Origin: Diplonema japonicum
Taxonomy: Eukaryota; Protista; Euglenozoa: Diplonemea
Assembly (NCBI GenBank): GCA_964019335.1
Contig: OZ025672.1
Location: forward strand, 496,001-560,000
Direction: 5' to 3'
DNA length: 64,000 nt
Shown piece by piece: positions 20,282 to 32,058 of this stretch. Both the position numbers and the translations under genes were made by a program. Position 1 is the first letter of the stretch; each line of letters starts with the position of its first letter. Under the pieces are notes generated by a model. It saw only the letters and a list, made by a program, of their open reading frames with translations, was not told where the DNA came from and ran no database searches.

Positions 20282-21118
20282 CAACAAACTGTGGTAAAGG
20301 GGAAAAAAAAGAAGAAACAAATGGTAGATCTTTAAAAATAGGGGAAAGAAACAAAGGAGCAGAAAGAAAGCACGCCATGCAACCGTTACCTTTTTTTTTT
20401 TTTTTTTTTTTTTGAAAAAAAGGCCATGTCTAAGGGCAAATCCCACTTGAGGACCACCCTTAAACTGTATGCTGGATGCTCTCTCTCTTTTTTTTTTTTT
20501 TTTTTTTTTTTGATACGACAAAAGAAATTGGAACCGAAGATGAAAGAAAAAAAAACCCCTTCCCGTGTAAAAAAAAGGGGGGGGGGGGATGAAATGGCTG
20601 TTTAACGTGAGCAAACGCACTCTCAGCCAAACACAAAGAAAGAAAGTAAAGTATCAGTATGCACCTGGAAGGAAAGAAAAAAAAAAAAAAAAAAAAAACG
20701 AAGACCTCCTTTTTCTTTTTCTTTTTTGCTAGTACAGTGCTAATAAAAAAAAAACTTTAAAAAGTACCATATTTTACTTTTGCACATTAGACCGAACGAA
20801 CCAAAAAGGGGTCCAAAGACTATTAGTTAGCCAGCACAGTTGGTTTCATTTATACAGAGGAAGCCGCAGGCAAGGCTTTTGACCATGGTGTTTCTTTCAA
20901 GTCTTAGTACGGCGAACAGCAACAACAACAGGTTAGAACAAGGGGATAGGTTCTGTTTCTATCTGATTTCAAATTCATATTCCTCCTCCCCTCTCATGAT
21001 CAGGAAAAAGAATCCCTCTTCCTTTTGTTTCCCTCCCGCAAGTAGTCTTATTTTTTAAAAAAATAAAGTAGCGTCCATAACCGGACTTTTACCCCGTGCG
21101 AAAGGAGAAGAGAAAAAA

Positions 21119-21152
<34 letters not shown>

Positions 21153-21198
21153 AGAAAGAAAGGGGAAGAGAGCAAGCTCATATCATTCCGTGTGTTTA

Positions 21199-22046
21199 CT
21201 AAGCATTCTGGATACAATCAAGGAGATAGCCCTGATAGTTTTCGATTCTTTTCTTGTTTACACCAAAGTCGCTTTTACCTAAACGAGCGTTGGAGTGAAC
21301 TTGAACCGATGCGTTGCTGGAAAAAACAGATGTGGCAAAGTCGTCCGGGAAGGGGAAGATACGAGAGAGAACCTTTTTTTTTTTTTTTTTTTTTTTCCGT
21401 TTTTGTTTTTTGTTTCTTTTCATACCCTCACATGCCAAAAAGCTGGGTCAGTTGTCGTGTCGGAAAAGATAACGTGCGTTCGCACAGTTTTGTCGATCCA
21501 TCGGTTCGTGCAAGAGTTAGCCTTGCTTTGCAGTTCGGTGATGTTTGCAGGAAGTTCGAACTCCAGGTAATTGCAGTTGTCTGAACCATCAGAGCATGGT
21601 TTAACATCTCCGAACGAGTGCCATGAAGGATCGCTTGAAGCGGCGAACCTCCCCCACAGCTGAACGATAACCAGCATGAACAAAACAAACTCCAACAGAA
21701 TTCGAAACTTCATAGTTCCCTTTCTGAGGCTGCAGCATCTTTTGTCTTGGTCTTTGCTGTCGTTGTTGATTCCACTGTAGCTTTCACGCATTGGCGTGCA
21801 CGGCACCGCGGCTGACAGCGCTACCCACAATGGGACTCCTCCTTCAGTCAGCTTCCCATAGGCCAACAACACGCATCTAAACAAACTTGTTGTCACCAGA
21901 AGCGTTCCGAACGCAATTCCATACGCGTGATCCCACGTTGCGCACCCAATGAGGTCGGTCATCCCGATTGAAAAAGTGACGAGCGTCACCACCTTAACCA
22001 TCCATTCCCCGTGGGATATTCTCTGTTCCAGAAGCAGGCTGGACAT
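21199..22046 (-). CDS. Multi-pass membrane protein of unknown function (~264 aa, 1 intron)
   Basis: Three hydrophobic helices. Intron 21373-21425 (GTATGA...A-run AAG) joins ORF 21420-22220 to 21199-21438 in frame. The exact 3' end is uncertain. Confidence 0.6.
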
Positions 22047-22566
22047 TTTTCTCTCTCTCTTTCCCTGTTTTTTTTGTTTTATAGAAGAGATAAGTGAGTC
22101 GCAGATAAACTTTAAAAGAAAGAAAGTAACGTACCAGATCAGCAAAAAGAAAAAGAAAAACGCCCTCCCGATAACTGGAAACAAAGACGCAATATGGAAG
22201 GAAAAGTTTCCCCCAAACAAAGAAATGAAAACAAATAAAAACTCGGTTAAAAGAGAGAGAAGGTGTTTTGTTCTAAGGAAGCAAAAGGAAAGAAAGATAA
22301 GAACAGGACACGAAAAAGATCATGGCTGGTGCCTTTCCAATGCAATCGGCACACAGCTCAAGAAAACGTAATGACAGAACTGACTTGTTTTCGTTTTTTT
22401 TTTTTTCTTTTTTTTTTTTTTTCCTGCCATGTTTCGTGAGGAACAAGAACGACAAGCAGAGTTTTTCTTTTTCCATTGCACACGGATCGTAGTGGGAAAG
22501 AGGGTAAAAATGACCCATCAACACAATACAAAGATACCAGAAAATCAAGGCTGCGCAAATGCAACA

Positions 22567-22639
22567 GCCCGTGTAGCCCAATGGATAAGGCGTTTGCTTC
22601 CTAAGCAAAAGATTGTGGGTTCGATCCCCACCATGGGTG
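22567..22639 (+). tRNA. tRNA-Arg (CCT)
   Basis: GCCCGTG/CATGGGT acceptor, D arm TAGCCCAATGGATAAGGC, anticodon arm TTTGC-TTCCTAA-GCAAA, T arm GTGGGTTCGATCCCCAC, downstream T-run. Confidence 0.96.
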
Positions 22640-22758
22640 TTCTTTTTTTAGATCCACCTCGATTGATTTTACACAAAAAATATTGCACACGAAGATCGGA
22701 CTGAGTAGAAGAGCCACTGGGTGGCGAAAGGTTAGGACTTTTTTCACTTTTTTTTTTT

Positions 22759-24036
22759 CTAAACGGTTTCGTGTTGGGGAGGGTTACCAGAGTTGCGAAC
22801 TGTCGAAAGGAGGACGGAGGATGAGGCTTGGGGCTCCTCTCGGTTGAAGGGGTTAACTGAGCTATTCCGGAGAGGGTCAGACTTGGGAGATGTGGTGGCC
22901 TCTGGGTCTTCAAGGTCATCTTCATCATCTTCTTCTTCCTCATCATCCGGTGATTGTTCCATAGCGGTCAGCTCTAAGCAGAGCCTCCTTCTTATTGTGG
23001 ATCGACAGATTGGGCATTTTCGCAACTTCGGCGCGCACTCAATACACGCACACAAATGTCTGCAAGGCCACAGCACGACAGCCTTTGGGAACTCGAGACA
23101 CACTACACATTCACCAGTTATCGTGGTGCCCACATCGAATACTTTTTGGACCTGTGGTTTGCTTTATGCTTACGTGCCTTACGTACCTCACAAGGATAAG
23201 CACCTCCTTCGGCGTTCCCCACGATGACAGCTGCCGACTCGGGGCCTGTCCATGCTGCGGAAACCTGTTTTTTTTCTTTTTTTCCCCGCGATCATACCGA
23301 AAATAGATCCACTGTTGTATTTTTGACCACACACGGCACAGAGCCTCGTTGGAGCAAAGCTGTTTGCTCGTTGGCGGCACGTTCTCTCCGTCGCTGCTCT
23401 CTCGTCCGTCTTGTGATCCACCATTTCTTGATTTTCGGTGCCCAGAAACACCCCGCGCCCATCATCAACGCTGCTGCGCATGTCTGTTTGGTGTAAAAGG
23501 GAAAAAAAAAAACAACAACAAAAACAGCCCCCTCCCCTCCCCTTGTTTTTTAATACCAGCGGCAGTGTGCGGTCAAAAGTATCCACCGACTGAGGACTGT
23601 CAAACCAGCATTCCGGGTTTGACGGTCCCAGGAACCAGGACTTTCCATCACTCCGCCAGCATGGTTGCCCAGGCTTGCCTTCCTCGAATAGGTCTAGATC
23701 TTGCTGGCAGAGTTCCATCGAGGGCTGGTTCCTCATTAGCTCGCAGGTTTTGTTATTCACGTCAGGGTGCTCATAAGCTGTGAACCGTATGTCTGGCAGT
23801 CGTACACGGTACTGTATCTCGTCCCGCGGGGGGCCGCTGGACAATGTGTCGCATGTTTTGCTGTCGTTGGTTTCAGGACCTGCATGGCAGTACCCTTGTA
23901 CCGCCCGTGGTTTGAAGTTCGCTACCGTCGCTGCTATCAGCAGACCTGCGACACCCAGTGGCACAATGATGCAAAGCACCACCGAAAAGAGCTTCGACGT
24001 GAAACTGTTCTCTTGATGACGTCGACGTCGGGGCAT
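22759..24036 (-). CDS. Two-TM membrane-anchored RING-HC E3 ubiquitin ligase (~378 aa, 3 introns)
   Basis: Introns 23484-23556, 23265-23297 and 23152-23186 (all GT-AG, phase 0) give one frame: TM1, a Cys-rich loop, TM2 (TCAAALMMGAGCFWA), then ECVVCLEFPKAVVLWPCRHLCACIECAPKLRKCPICR. Confidence 0.8.
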
Positions 24037-24140
24037 CTCAACAATGTTCCTGATAAACAGCTTGAAAGGAGGGAACAAAAAAATTAAGCAAATGTATAAT
24101 AGAGAAGGGAAAACAAATTAAAAAAAGAGGTCTTATCTTC

Positions 24141-25085
24141 TCACGGGGTGTCAGGCGACCCGAATATCCCAGCCGATGCTTTTTTAGCCGTGTTCTTCTC
24201 CTTCTGTTTTGAAAGTTGTTCCTCTTTAAGAATCTTATTGAATTCGTTTGCAATTTCTGTCTGAACGGCAGGATCGGGGTTGTTGTCCTTGATGATCTGC
24301 AAGTGATCACGTGCTTGGTAGTAATTGTGTCGGCCCAGTTCGAATCTGGCCTTGCGGAACCTTGCCTTTGTATTGGTGGGATCTTGCCTTAGTAGATTTT
24401 CAACGTAGTCCAAGCCTCTCTCAGTGTTTCCAAACTTGAACCAAGACTGCATAATGTTCTGAAGAAGGGTCAGACGGATTGCGTGCTGTGCCTCTTCCGC
24501 TTCCTTGAGGGATGGTCTGAGCTTTCTTCTCCTTCTTCCAAGAACGTCAAGTCCTCGGTTGTACTTTTTAATGGCTGCTTTGTACTCGCCAGCCTTGAAG
24601 AGGGAATTTCCTTCTGTCTTGAAATCGATCCCGACTTGTACCTTTTCTTCGTCTGTCCAGGGGCCCATGAATTCGACTAGTTTTATTTCTAGTTCGATAA
24701 CGGCCCATTCAGGGACTTTTGGTGGGAATCCGTTCTCTTTGAAACCGAATATGGGGTCCAGAATGAATACAGCTCTCTCTCCTTTTTTCATGGTGACAAC
24801 CCCTTCCTCCATCCCGGCAGTCGACATGCCACTGCCTGGAATGATTTCTAAATCGCCTTCTTTGTCTGTGCTGTCAAATACTTCACCTTTGTACCTATAC
24901 CAGTACTGGATATTTGTGAAGGAGCCTTCTCTTGGCTTTTCGTCTCCTTCACCTTCTTCCAGTGTTTTTTTCCACGCTCCCTTGCATCCTGTTATGTCTG
25001 CGTACCCTTCTCCAGGAGATTCTTTAATCATGCTCCAGCCTCTCTTCGCCATTTCGGCATGAGGATCAACTGCCCATTGTTCCAT
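24141..25085 (-). CDS. FKBP-type peptidyl-prolyl isomerase with TPR domain (FKBP51/52-like co-chaperone)
   Basis: FKBP motifs (GEVFDST, GMEEGVVTMKKGERA, FPPKVPEWAVIELEIKL), then a TPR domain (KTEGNSLFKAGEYKAAIKKY...DPTNTKARFRKA). Confidence 0.9.
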   Translation of the reverse strand: MEQWAVDPHAEMAKRGWSMIKESPGEGYADITGCKGAWKKTLEEGEGDEKPREGSFTNIQYWYRYKGEVFDSTDKEGDLEIIPGSGMSTAGMEEGVVTMKKGERAVFILDPIFGFKENGFPPKVPEWAVIELEIKLVEFMGPWTDEEKVQVGIDFKTEGNSLFKAGEYKAAIKKYNRGLDVLGRRRRKLRPSLKEAEEAQHAIRLTLLQNIMQSWFKFGNTERGLDYVENLLRQDPTNTKARFRKARFELGRHNYYQARDHLQIIKDNNPDPAVQTEIANEFNKILKEEQLSKQKEKNTAKKASAGIFGSPDTP

Positions 25086-25148
25086 TTTTTTTTTTTTTTT
25101 CCCTTCTTCCCCCCTGTATTTGATTTGGAAAGGTGAGAGCACGTTAAC

Positions 25149-25184
<36 letters not shown>

Positions 25185-26019
25185 AACAAAAACCCTTTTC
25201 TCTCAGTGTGGCTTCTTTTTTTTTTTTTTTTCCCTTCTTTTTTCCAAGAGCGGGGGAGAAAAAAAGAGAAAGAAAGCATGGATATCTTCTCTTTTTTTTC
25301 TCTTTTTTCCCCCCCATCAATATTGCTCGTGCTGAAAAAAAAAAAGAAAAAGAAAAAAAAAAAACTATGGTTATAAAGAAGTGTGTTGGGAGAGAAAGGA
25401 AGGTGGAAAGAAATAATAAAAAGGGGGGTGAAAAGAAAGGAAAAGTGGTACAAAAAAAAAAAAAGGTAAAACGTTTCAAAAATTTTATTTTATATTTTCT
25501 TTATTTTACGAGACATCGGAATAGAGGTAAAAGAAGAAAAACAAAGAGAAATAATAAGAATAATAAAAAAAAAAAAGCAAGAGAATATTTGTCCACAGGA
25601 GGCAACATCGAAGTTTCTGGTTTCTTCATTTATTTATGCCCTTCGATTCAGAACTGAGGCTATGCCATCAGAAGAATCTCTCTCTTTACATTTTTCTTTT
25701 TCTTTTTCTTTTTTACGTTGCTTCTTGGGGAAGGGGGGGGGGGGGGGATAATGATCAGAAAAGGCAAGAAGGAAGATAAATAGAGGAAGAAAGGCGGGTG
25801 AGAAAAGAAGAGAGGAAGAATACATTTTTTACTTTTCTTTTTTTTTGCAACAAAAATATCACAGTAGCCCCATCCCCCTATATATCAAGGGAAGGAAAAC
25901 TCGGAGAAAAAAAAAAAAAAAGAACAACAAAAAAATTGTGCAAAAAAAAAAAAAAAAAAAAAAAAAACATCTTTGCCTCTCAATTCAATCCCCCCCAAAA
26001 AAAAAATGTGCCACGTCAC

Positions 26020-26058
<39 letters not shown>

Positions 26059-26076
26059 CTAACCCTCCTTCATCAT

Positions 26077-27180
26077 CTACTGAGATTTCTTCTTAGCCTG
26101 CGCATGAGTATGGGTAGCAACAACCTGCCACGACACACGGGCATTGGGGTTACCTCCAGCAATTTCAAATGTCTTGGAAGTGGTGATTTCCGATGTCACG
26201 TGAAGAGAAGGCATTGCAGCTCCAATGGCAGTAAGCTGATAACTGAACTCCACATCACTAGGGTAAGTAAACCACTGGGGAAGCGTAACGACTGCAACAC
26301 CCTTGGAGGACATGGTGACCATCCCGGAGTAAATGGTACGCGAGGGTGTCTCGACAGACTTGATCACCCCGCACATGTCAGATGCAGGCTTCTTCAAAAC
26401 GTACTTCCTAACAAAAAAGTTACCGAAGAGGATCAACATAGACATCATGTACATCACCATCAAGATCTTAGCAAAGTCAGGAGCACCACAGCTAGGACCC
26501 GATTGGTAAGCAACGTAGCTTTGTGTTGTAATGGCGATGAACTGAATAAGCTGAAGGCTCGTCAAATGACGGGACCACCAACTCTTCACCCCAATCGATG
26601 TTGCCAGGTAATGGGAGTACATGAGCACGTGGACAAATGCGTTGAAAGCAATGGGGAGAAACATGTCCCCAGAGTAGTCATACGGGAAAATAAGCCCGAC
26701 AACGAATGTAATCGATGAATGGTGGAACAAATGCAAAAATGTAACTTGTCTGAACGACTTCCTGAGAATGAAGAACCACGTGTCACAAAATTCCAGGAAT
26801 TTCTGTGCGTAGAATACCCAAAACAACCATGCGAACTTTTCGCCAGATTCGCCAGGAAGAAGCGGGTTGCACGCGAAGGACCCTGGGATCTCCATTTTCG
26901 CCAAAAGAAGCCCAATGAAGACATAACCGGCAGCAAGAATGCACAGCAGATTGTAAACCTGCAGGACCCATTTGATCTCGAAACGCTTCTCCCTATTCTT
27001 CATCCAGCTGTACAGAATGAACGTTACAAAATAGTAGAAGAAGTTTGCGGCAAGAAGGTGTTCGATGCTCGTGTAATACAGCGAGTAAGCGGGTTGCGTT
27101 CCGGAAGCGATCCTTTCTTCAACCTGCTTGTGTGCAAGCACATAACTGTCCTCCACACGTTGCTTGAGAACTTCAAACAT
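26077..27180 (-). CDS. Fatty-acid elongase (ELO/GNS1/SUR4 family) with extra C-terminal beta-domain (367 aa)
   Basis: KFLEFCDTWFFILRK, QVTFLHLFHH, NAFVHVLMYSHY, TSLQLIQF and LFGNFF motifs; C-terminal KKKSQ di-lysine-like signal. Confidence 0.93.
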   Translation of the reverse strand: MFEVLKQRVEDSYVLAHKQVEERIASGTQPAYSLYYTSIEHLLAANFFYYFVTFILYSWMKNREKRFEIKWVLQVYNLLCILAAGYVFIGLLLAKMEIPGSFACNPLLPGESGEKFAWLFWVFYAQKFLEFCDTWFFILRKSFRQVTFLHLFHHSSITFVVGLIFPYDYSGDMFLPIAFNAFVHVLMYSHYLATSIGVKSWWSRHLTSLQLIQFIAITTQSYVAYQSGPSCGAPDFAKILMVMYMMSMLILFGNFFVRKYVLKKPASDMCGVIKSVETPSRTIYSGMVTMSSKGVAVVTLPQWFTYPSDVEFSYQLTAIGAAMPSLHVTSEITTSKTFEIAGGNPNARVSWQVVATHTHAQAKKKSQ

Positions 27181-27859
27181 TTTTTTTTCTCTTTTTTTGC
27201 TTCTTACCTGTATTTTTGTTTTGTTTTTTGTTTTGTTGTTTTGAATATTTTTTTTTCTCAAATAACAAAAAAGAGAAAAAAAAAGAGGACGGGGAAAGGA
27301 ACGGGGGGGATATATGTTTCGGGAACAGGAGAGAGGAAGGGATTCGTTTTTCTTTCTTTTTTTTTTTTTTTTTTCTGCAGCATCCTTTTTTTTTTTTTTT
27401 AAACTTCCTCTCACCCGGAAAAAAAATGAATGAAAAGAGATATCTTTCATAAAAAATAGGGGGGGGAGAAAAGCAAACTAAAAAAAAGGGGGGAGGGGGG
27501 AGGGGGGAGAAACTCCGAAGTGGCTTTCTCACTCACTTACATATGTTTTACCCCCCCATTTCATTTCTTACTTCGGGGGGAGAAGAGGGACAATGCAAAG
27601 TAAGAAGAGTCACTGTTGTTGTTTATCTTGAGGGGATGGTTTGTTTTCTCTCTTTTTGTCTTCTTCATTCATTTCTTCCACTGATTTTGTTGTTGCCGTC
27701 TGAAATCCGTTTGAAACCACTTGACAACGGACAATTCTGCTCCCAAGGGAACACACTAAACTATTTGAAACGTAAATGAGAAGCGAAAAAATGTGCGTGT
27801 AATCCTTTTCTTTCTTTCTTTCTTTCTTTGTGTTTTAAGCGTTTTAAGGTTTGTTTTCG

Positions 27860-27892
<33 letters not shown>

Positions 27893-28469
27893 CCCCCTTT
27901 CTTCTCTACAAAAATAATTCCCACACTTCCACCCCTCCATTTCTGTAGGCCATCCCTTGTTTATTGTTTTCCCTCCCGTTGCAGAGAAAAGAAACGGCAA
28001 TCAGTAGCGGGAAATTATGGCAATCACCATCACGGAGGAACAGAAGGAAGGGTAATGGTATATCACAGGAGGTAGCATCTTTGTTTTTTTTTTTTAAAGA
28101 TTCATTTAAAAAAAAGGGGGGGGACGGGAGGGGTAGGAGGGGACACAAAATCACAACGTTTTTATTTATTTGTCGAAAAAAAAAATAATAATAAGCGCAA
28201 AAAGAAAACCTCTCCATAACTGACCCAAAGGTTCCCTGGGTTTGGAGAAATGCAGGAAGGGGGCGGGGGGGGGGAGAAAAAAAGAAAAAAAATAAGATAG
28301 GAGCGTTAGAAGTATGAGACAAGCGAGATAAATACTGGGAAAAAAAAAATTAGAGGGGAAGGGGGGAAATGTATGCAAGAGCGTGAAAGTCAAACAAAGG
28401 TATTGTATCGTCCAAAAGCGTCAGCGGTAACGAGAATAGGCAAAAAAAAAAAAAGAAAAATCAGAATGA

Positions 28470-31400
28470 CTAGATGGAGAGTTTAACCTTAGCACCCACA
28501 GGAAGCTGAGGCTTCCCGTAGGGAACACCCCGCGAGGGCTCGTAAGTCGGTGCATCGGGCCTGGTAGTTTCGTCTCTAGTGACCATTGTGATACAATCGG
28601 GGACAGGGCAGACGGAGACGCACAGGGTGCAGCCTGTACAGTTGTCTGTGATGAAAGGTTGATGCCTGTCGGAGCTGAACTTGATAGCTTGGTAGCCAGT
28701 GTCGTTGCAGGTCATCATGCACTTCCCGCAGTTGATGCACAAATCATCGTTGACCACAGCCACAGCCTGGTTCTTTGGCTTCATAGCCAAAAGGTCGCTG
28801 AAAGATCCAATCGTGGAGAGTGCCTTCCCGAGCAGGTTCTGGATGGTGGGGATCTTACCGGCGGTGTGGCCTTCGACATTGGACAGGTCCCCGATGGTGC
28901 CTGCCTCGTATTTCGTACTGCACTCCTTCGATTCAGCCGCCAACCGCTCATCAAGGTACGGCCCGAACCTCGGCAGCATTCCAGTAGTCAGTACGGTAGC
29001 CTCGTTGACAGGCGGCACTTGCTTCTCCCATTTCGCGAGGTCCGACCTCCCCAGAGCGTACAGCTGCCACTTCAAGCCGCTGATCCAGTCCTGTACTATT
29101 GTGAAGTCCTGGTTCTGAATAGCAGCGGAGACCTGCACAACAGGCGAACCAGCATAGATGAACTGCATCACGGTGTCAGCGTTGTCAGCACCACCGGTCG
29201 CCAGGATAGGGAACCCAGGGAACTTGTTGGCAATGGCGCTTACCATGCGCAGAGCCATGGGTCGCACTGCGTTCCCACTGCACCCACCGTACGTCGTCAT
29301 CTTGCTGGGTCCCACTCTAGGCCATGCTGCCCCGTCCATCTTGATGTGCTGCAGACCAGAGACCGTGTTGATGGCGGTCACGCCAGTGGCACCACCTGCC
29401 TTTGCGGCACCCGCGATCTCCGTGATATCTGTATTATGTTTTTTTTTTTTTAGCATGCTCTGCATACCAGTGATGTTAGGCGTCATCTTGGCAAAGAAGG
29501 GGATGTCGCAGACCTCTTTCACCCAACCGCAAATGTCCTGGACCAAGTTCGGTTTCTGTGATTATTGTGTTTTTTTTTTTGTTTGCGAAGCTTCGGATAC
29601 CTGCCCACAAGCAAGACCCATCCCTTTCTCGCCCATCCCGTGCGGGCAGGACAGGTTCAGCTCCAGGGCATCGGAGCCGGCCTCAATGGCCATCTTTGAA
29701 AGCTCCTGCCAGTCATCTTTGTTGTGACCGCACATGATGGATGCAATCACAATGTGCTTGGGGTAGTCCTGCTTGAGCTGCCTGACACCGCTGCACCAGT
29801 AGGCCGCAGATTTCTCGGAGATGAGCTCGATGTTTAAGAATGACCCCTGGTGGGGGCCAAGACCCGGTCCGGAAGTGCTGCCTCTGACGATCCTGGGAGA
29901 AACGTTTGTGACAAAGTCCTTGTCGAGGGAAAAGGTTTTCGTAACCGCGAAGCCCCACCCGGCCTCGAAAGAGCGCGCAATCATAGGCAGTGTGGTGGCG
30001 GGGGGTGCAGAAGCAAGACCGAAAGGGTTCAGGAACTTGAGGCCTGCAACCTCGACAGAAATGTCAACATCGTCCACTGCGGTGTGCAGGAGGGGGAGCG
30101 TTGGGGTGACTGGCACCGTGTTGTTGCTCAGATGCTGCACGTAGCGGTGGATCGACCACGAGGCGGTCTTCCCGTCGTTAGCGGCCTCTACCGTGAGGCC
30201 GGACCCCACGCAGTCACCACCAGCAAACACACCATCGGTCTTGGTGCACATGTCTGCGTTCACCATCACCTTGCCCCACTTCATCTCTGCAGCCTTCCCG
30301 ATCTCCTGCTCCAGATCAGAACCGATGTTGGATCCGAAAGCGGAGATGATGAAGTCGCACTTGATCTTCAGCACCTGGTCGTCGTCTTTGTACCACTTAC
30401 CGTCATCGTCCTGTTCCATCTTCCACATCTCAATGGCACTGATCTTGCCACCTTCCATGACGACAGACTTGGGTTGGCAGTAGGGAAGGAACTCAGCCTT
30501 CTCGTGCCTGGCCAGAATGGTCTCCTCCTCCACAGCTCTCATGTCTGCGGTGGACCTCCTGAAGCACACCATCACTCGCTTGGCTCCGTTTCTGAAGGCA
30601 GAACCCGTGCAATCAAACGCCGTGTCACCAGCGCCCAAGACAAGCACCTTTCCGTGAAGCTTAGGTGCGGAAGGGGCAGAGGCACCCGATTTGCAGCCGC
30701 ACAACCCAGGCTTGGACGCGACAGCTGACTGCGGGAGGAAGTCCTTCGATGTGTAGAAGCCGTTGCTGGGCGAAAGGTCTTTGAAGCAAGCATCGATATT
30801 CGGCTTGGGCAGCCCGCACCCGATGAACAGCACCGCCTTCTGTTTCTTCACGTCTTCCATTGTGACGTCCTTCCCGAACTCACACGAGGTGGTGACCTTC
30901 ACACCAAGGTCCTGCAGCAGCTTGATCTCCCACTGCACGGCTTCAGATGTGAGTCGGTACTGCGGGATCTCGCTGGACGACAGGCCGCCTGCATAAGCAT
31001 CCTTTTCGATGATCTCGATGTTAGAGTAGCCCAACCGCGCGAGGAAAGTGGCGCATGCGATGGACGCCGGGCCGGACCCGACAAGGTACACCTTGGTGCT
31101 GTAGGAGGCAGGCATCTTGTCGGCGGGAGGGAGGGAGGGGTCGCGTGTTGCTGGGATGTTCATCTTTTTGAAGTGGCTGACAGCGTATTCCTGCAGGCCC
31201 GAGATGTTGATGCCGCCGGCCTCAGTGGCGGCGAGGTTGCAACCACCGACGCACAGGTTCGAGACAGGACAAATCATTCCGCAGGAAAGCCCCACAGGGT
31301 TGTCAGAGAGAATCATCTTCGCAGCACCGTAGTTGTTGAAGTTCGCGATGCAGCTGATGAACGACTTGATGTCGATGGAGGTCGGGCAGCTCTTCTGGCA

Positions 31401-31649
31401 CGGTGCATCTGCGCACTTCAAGCACCTCTGCGCCTCGATGAGAGCACCCTTGGTGCCGAGCGTTGTGTGCTTGGCATCGCTCCAATCTCCCTTCCTCGCT
31501 TGCCCTAACTGCGGTTTGTTCCTCTTCCAGTGCTTCTTCTCCTCAACTGCCTCCTTCGTTGTCCTCCATGTGGCGTGCTGCAGCACCCTTGGGTTCAGGG
31601 ACAGGTTCTCGATGTCCTCAACGAACAGATCACTTGCCGTCGCGACCAT
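28470..31649 (-). CDS. DPYD: Dihydropyrimidine dehydrogenase (NADP+), full-length animal-type (~1031 aa, 2 introns)
   Basis: [82 protein letters not shown] and C-terminal 2x[4Fe-4S] motifs. Removing introns 29556-29600 and 29429-29467 restores LACGQ|KPNLV and TPNITD|ITEIA. Confidence 0.96.
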
Positions 31650-31657
31650 TGTGCAAC

Positions 31658-31730
31658 CTGTGGTGTTCATAAGGGAATATGGGGCGGGAGAAAAAAAGAA
31701 AGGGTAAGAAAAGGGGGAGGGGCGGGAAGA
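31658..31730 (-). promoter_or_regulatory. Candidate trans-splice acceptor (polypyrimidine tract + CACAG) just upstream of the DPYD start codon
   Basis: The minus strand reads CCCCTCCCCCTTTTTCTTACCCTTTCTTTTTTTCTCCC...CACCACAG|GTTGCACA-ATG. Confidence 0.45.
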
Positions 31731-32058
31731 CGTGTATGGAGGCAAAAGCCATGCAAGAGGGCTGAACATATTCAAAAGGTCACATTCCGTCCATTTTACC
31801 CTACGCCATGGCAGTGCTCAGGTCGCGTTATATAATCAAAAAGTGAAATGGGGCTACGTAAACCTCTACGTTCCACAGAACAGGTCACACAAAAGAGTGA
31901 GAAAAACGTTTTCGTTTCTATTCAGATAGAATAAAGGAAAAAGAAAAAAGGGGGGGGGGGAAGGAGTCTCAACCCATACATGAGGTTCCAACAATTATAG
32001 TTGCTGCGTTCCCTCAAAAAGAAGAAGATAAGAAAATCATGGAGCCATGGCTAAATTT

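Noticed and set aside
29556-29600. Stop-codon reassignment or programmed frameshifting to explain split DPYD/ABCC/PDE ORFs
   Set aside because: Every break is explained by a short GT-AG intron restoring conserved motifs, and TAA, TAG and TGA all serve as normal stops.
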